Assembly (NCBI GenBank): GCA_963812605.1
Contig: CAWEWF010000005.1
Coordinates: 192,001-256,000, forward strand
Source of the DNA: an uncultured Verrucomicrobiae bacterium
GTDB taxonomy: Bacteria > Verrucomicrobiota > Verrucomicrobiia > Palsa-1439
Direction: 5' to 3'
Length of the DNA: 64,000 nucleotides
Shown here: positions 61,567 through 64,000 of the stretch, piece by piece
How positions within the stretch are numbered: position 1 is the first letter of the stretch
Layout: each line of letters opens with the position of its first letter
Program-made: the position numbers and the translations under genes
The notes under the pieces: generated by a model
What the model saw: the letters and a program-made list of their open reading frames with translations, nothing else
The model's database searches: none
What the model was told of the DNA's origin: nothing

Positions 61567-61586
61567 ATGTTCTCATCGGGGTCAAC
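61567..61586 (+). repeat. Direct repeat, left copy (CTCATCGGGGTCAAC core)
   Basis: ATGTTCTCATCGGGGTCAAC versus ACGTCCTCATCGGGGTCAAC at 62749-62768. Confidence 0.6.
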
Positions 61587-61767
61587 GGCTTCTACAGAGT
61601 CTGACCCCACAGATGCCCCACAAACTATGGTCCTCGTGCTGCTGGCGGGCGCGGTACTTGGCGGTCCGTTCGGTCAACGGGCACGCTGCACTGTGTAACA
61701 TACCCACGGGCGGGTTTGAAGTAAAAATCAGGCATTCGCCTTTTTTCGATAAAAACATTCTTTCCAC

Positions 61768-61797
61768 TTGACGGCAGTCTTACAATCTGTCAGATTG
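61768..61797 (+). promoter_or_regulatory. Promoter (-35 TTGACG) and perfect palindrome CAATCTG-T-CAGATTG, putative PadR operator
   Basis: The palindrome at 61783-61797 ends 5 nt before the padR ATG. Confidence 0.55.
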
Positions 61798-61802
61798 GTC
61801 GT

Positions 61803-62111
61803 ATGAAAACGGATGAGATGCCATCGCTGTCGCCTAAAGAGGCGATGATTTTGCAGATGCTCATTAGCGCCGGAGAGATGTACGGGTTGGAGATGGTCAA
61901 GACTTCCGGCAAGCAATTGGCGCGTGGCACCGTTTATGTCACGCTTTCACGGATGGAGGACAAGGGCTTTATCAATTCACGACTAGAAGAGCGGAGCGGC
62001 AATGATGCGGGGCCACCGCGCCGGTTATACTCGGCGAACGGTCACGGTATTCGAGTTCTTCGGGCGCGGGAAGCCGCAGCCGCCGTATGGGCACAAGCGA
62101 GGTTGGCGTGA
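61803..62111 (+). CDS. PadR-family winged-helix regulator
   Basis: EMYGLEM, GTVYVTLSRMEDKGFI and PPRRLY. Confidence 0.88.
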   Translation: MKTDEMPSLSPKEAMILQMLISAGEMYGLEMVKTSGKQLARGTVYVTLSRMEDKGFINSRLEERSGNDAGPPRRLYSANGHGIRVLRAREAAAAVWAQARLA

Positions 62112-62749
62112 AATTGAAGCAGACCGACAGGGCGCTCAGGGCGTTTCTAAAAAGACTGAAAAAGGACGCGAAATTCGCCCGGAAGTTCGCCGATCATATG
62201 GCTGCTGAGGGCCATAAAGAATACGCCGATCTTATCCGCTGGAGCCCCAAACCTGATCGCCACCACCTTGCCAATGCGGACTTACTCAGGAACACTCTCC
62301 GTCTATGGTTCGATCCTGCATTCAAGGCTGCATTGGGAGGTTTCCACGGCGGACGTAGTGTTGCCGTTGGAATCGTCGTTGCAATAGCGCAGGCATTCAT
62401 TGGCATACTTTTTGCCGTCATAAAGATGGCCGTGGAAATCACCCTCGTGTTTCTAAGGCCGTTCGGTGGTTTTCCTAAAAGAAAACCCCTGATTATTCTA
62501 CCTCCCGGGACGCGCATCCGCCGGATCCTCGCTTGGTTGTGTCGGCCCCGTACGATGGCGCATACTTTCGACCCGGTGCTGACTGATCTTCGACATGAAT
62601 ATCTTGAGGCGCTCCGCGAGAAAAAGAAAGTGAAGGCCTTCTGGGTTCGTATCCGCGGTTACTGGTCGATCATAACCGCAATCGGATTGCAGTCCTTCGT
62701 GTCCGTCGGTAAAAAGATTGTAGCGTACTGGCGATCAAGTTCGATCTGA
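62108..62749 (+). CDS. Membrane-associated hypothetical protein coupled to PadR
   Basis: GTGA overlap with padR, a hydrophobic segment and FDPVLTDLRHEYLEAL resembling PadR-partner N-terminal domains. Confidence 0.6.
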   Translation: MKLKQTDRALRAFLKRLKKDAKFARKFADHMAAEGHKEYADLIRWSPKPDRHHLANADLLRNTLRLWFDPAFKAALGGFHGGRSVAVGIVVAIAQAFIGILFAVIKMAVEITLVFLRPFGGFPKRKPLIILPPGTRIRRILAWLCRPRTMAHTFDPVLTDLRHEYLEALREKKKVKAFWVRIRGYWSIITAIGLQSFVSVGKKIVAYWRSSSI

Positions 62750-62768
62750 CGTCCTCATCGGGGTCAAC
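62749..62768 (+). repeat. Direct repeat, right copy
   Basis: See 61567-61586. Confidence 0.6.
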
Positions 62769-62808
62769 TCAGCACACTGGACAGTTGTGCGACGGACCAT
62801 ATTATGAC

Positions 62809-64000
62809 CTAATCCACCGTGGCCGTGCGGCCGGAGACGGGGACGGTGCCGTTGATGACGTGGTTGATGTTGCCGTCGGAACGTCTGCCCAGTCGGACAG
62901 CGATCATGTGGTGCATTTTGATCGTGGGAGCGGTCGGCGTTTCGATGGCGTTATCGGCAACTACCGGACCGTTTCGAAACATACAGTAGACGCCGAGCCC
63001 CCAGGCTTCATGGGTCCGCACGTTGTCGCTGACTTTATACGACGCGTATCCGTTGGAATCACCGTGGCGCCAGGCATCCTGGCTCGGCGGGTCGTAGGGC
63101 ATTTCCGATTGGTAGAAATAAACGCGACCGCCATCGCCGTTCCAGAGCGTTTGATATTGCTGGCAATGTTCAACAAACAAACCGTACAAGGTGACGTTCT
63201 CCCCATTCACGATCAACCCGTTGGCGTTCTTGTTTGAATTCCAGCCCACGCCCTGACCGTGGTCCGCGCGCCACAGCCAGAAATTATCGCCCACGACATC
63301 ATGGGAATTGATCGTGACCATGCACGTGGCGCTTCCTAGCGCTGCGCCACCCGCCCGGCAAAAGATGTCGTAAACAAATACCGGATCCATTGCGTGGGAT
63401 TTGGCAGAGCCGGGCTCGCCTATCTGGAACAGCGTCGGCGAATTGGAGACGCCGGCCTCAAAAAGGATTCCTCCGACCTTCACACCATCGACATCCGCAA
63501 TCGTCATGGCTGCGGTTCCTTGGTCCGGTATTAAAGTGGGGAAGCCCAATCCTAGAACCACAGTGTCGGGTCGGGAGATCTGGAGGCTGCTCTCCAGATG
63601 GTAGATTCCCGGAGTCAACATCAGGTTCTTGCCGCTCTTCAGCGCGGCGTTGATTGTGGCAGCGGTATCCGTCTCGGGATGGGCGACGTAAAAACGATCC
63701 AGCGGCAAAGCTTTCCCTGACGAGGAATTATCCGACCAGGTGATGCCCTGCGCACCTTTGGCAGCCAGGTCTGGAACCATGACGAAATAACGTCCGTTAT
63801 CGTCCACGAAGAGATAAGGTTTCTCGCGAATGAGCGGGGTCTTATCAATGACCGTATAGGGCGAATTGGGCCACGCCTTCGCCGGCGGGTTGACCGTGCC
63901 GAGAAAAACCATGTTCCATACGCCGCCCGTCCAATGGCCGAATGAGGTGTTCCTTGAAAACCATTGCTGCTGCGACCCGGAATCAGCCCGTCCGTCAATC
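62809..64000 (-). CDS. GH55-like exo-beta-1,3-glucanase, 5' part outside the window
   Basis: SGSQQQWFSRN, WNMVF, REKPYL, WLWRADHG, GLFVEH and YFYQSEMPYD, as in bacterial GH55 laminarinases. Confidence 0.78.
   Translation of the reverse strand, partial: IDGRADSGSQQQWFSRNTSFGHWTGGVWNMVFLGTVNPPAKAWPNSPYTVIDKTPLIREKPYLFVDDNGRYFVMVPDLAAKGAQGITWSDNSSSGKALPLDRFYVAHPETDTAATINAALKSGKNLMLTPGIYHLESSLQISRPDTVVLGLGFPTLIPDQGTAAMTIADVDGVKVGGILFEAGVSNSPTLFQIGEPGSAKSHAMDPVFVYDIFCRAGGAALGSATCMVTINSHDVVGDNFWLWRADHGQGVGWNSNKNANGLIVNGENVTLYGLFVEHCQQYQTLWNGDGGRVYFYQSEMPYDPPSQDAWRHGDSNGYASYKVSDNVRTHEAWGLGVYCMFRNGPVVADNAIETPTAPTIKMHHMIAVRLGRRSDGNINHVINGTVPVSGRTATVD

Overview
A GC-rich bacterial chromosome segment, most likely Verrucomicrobiota/PVC. 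This is inferred from the PEP-CTERM proteins, the secreted proteins ending in an '...RFYR' module and the LacI and XRE gene types. The left half (about 6.3-29.2 kb) is mostly core metabolism: serA, a response regulator, rnc, xerD, a DtxR/MntR-ferritin-FTR1 metal operon, lutABC, a sugar-acid operon (SDR, 2-hydroxyacid dehydrogenase, gnd, Ldh_2, kdgK), xylulokinase and a glucosylglycerate/mannosylglucosylglycerate-type cluster. It ends at tRNA-Ser(GCT). An AT-richer two-gene islet at 3.2-5.7 kb encodes a caspase-family protease translationally coupled to a 211-aa protein with an HK97-capsid-like sequence pattern, the best candidate here for an undescribed (probably anti-phage) system. Downstream of the tRNA is an accessory mosaic: secreted CAZymes (2x GH2, GH16, CE8-like, GH55-like), an orphan integron-like cassette with an attI-like site and half an attC, duplicated XRE genes, an orphan Flp pilin, an AraC/LysR detoxification-type cluster, a HEPN + BolA-like pair and a direct-repeat-flanked PadR cassette. 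Many genes carry single-base frameshifts, probably long-read assembly errors. All product calls come from motif recognition by eye, not database searches.
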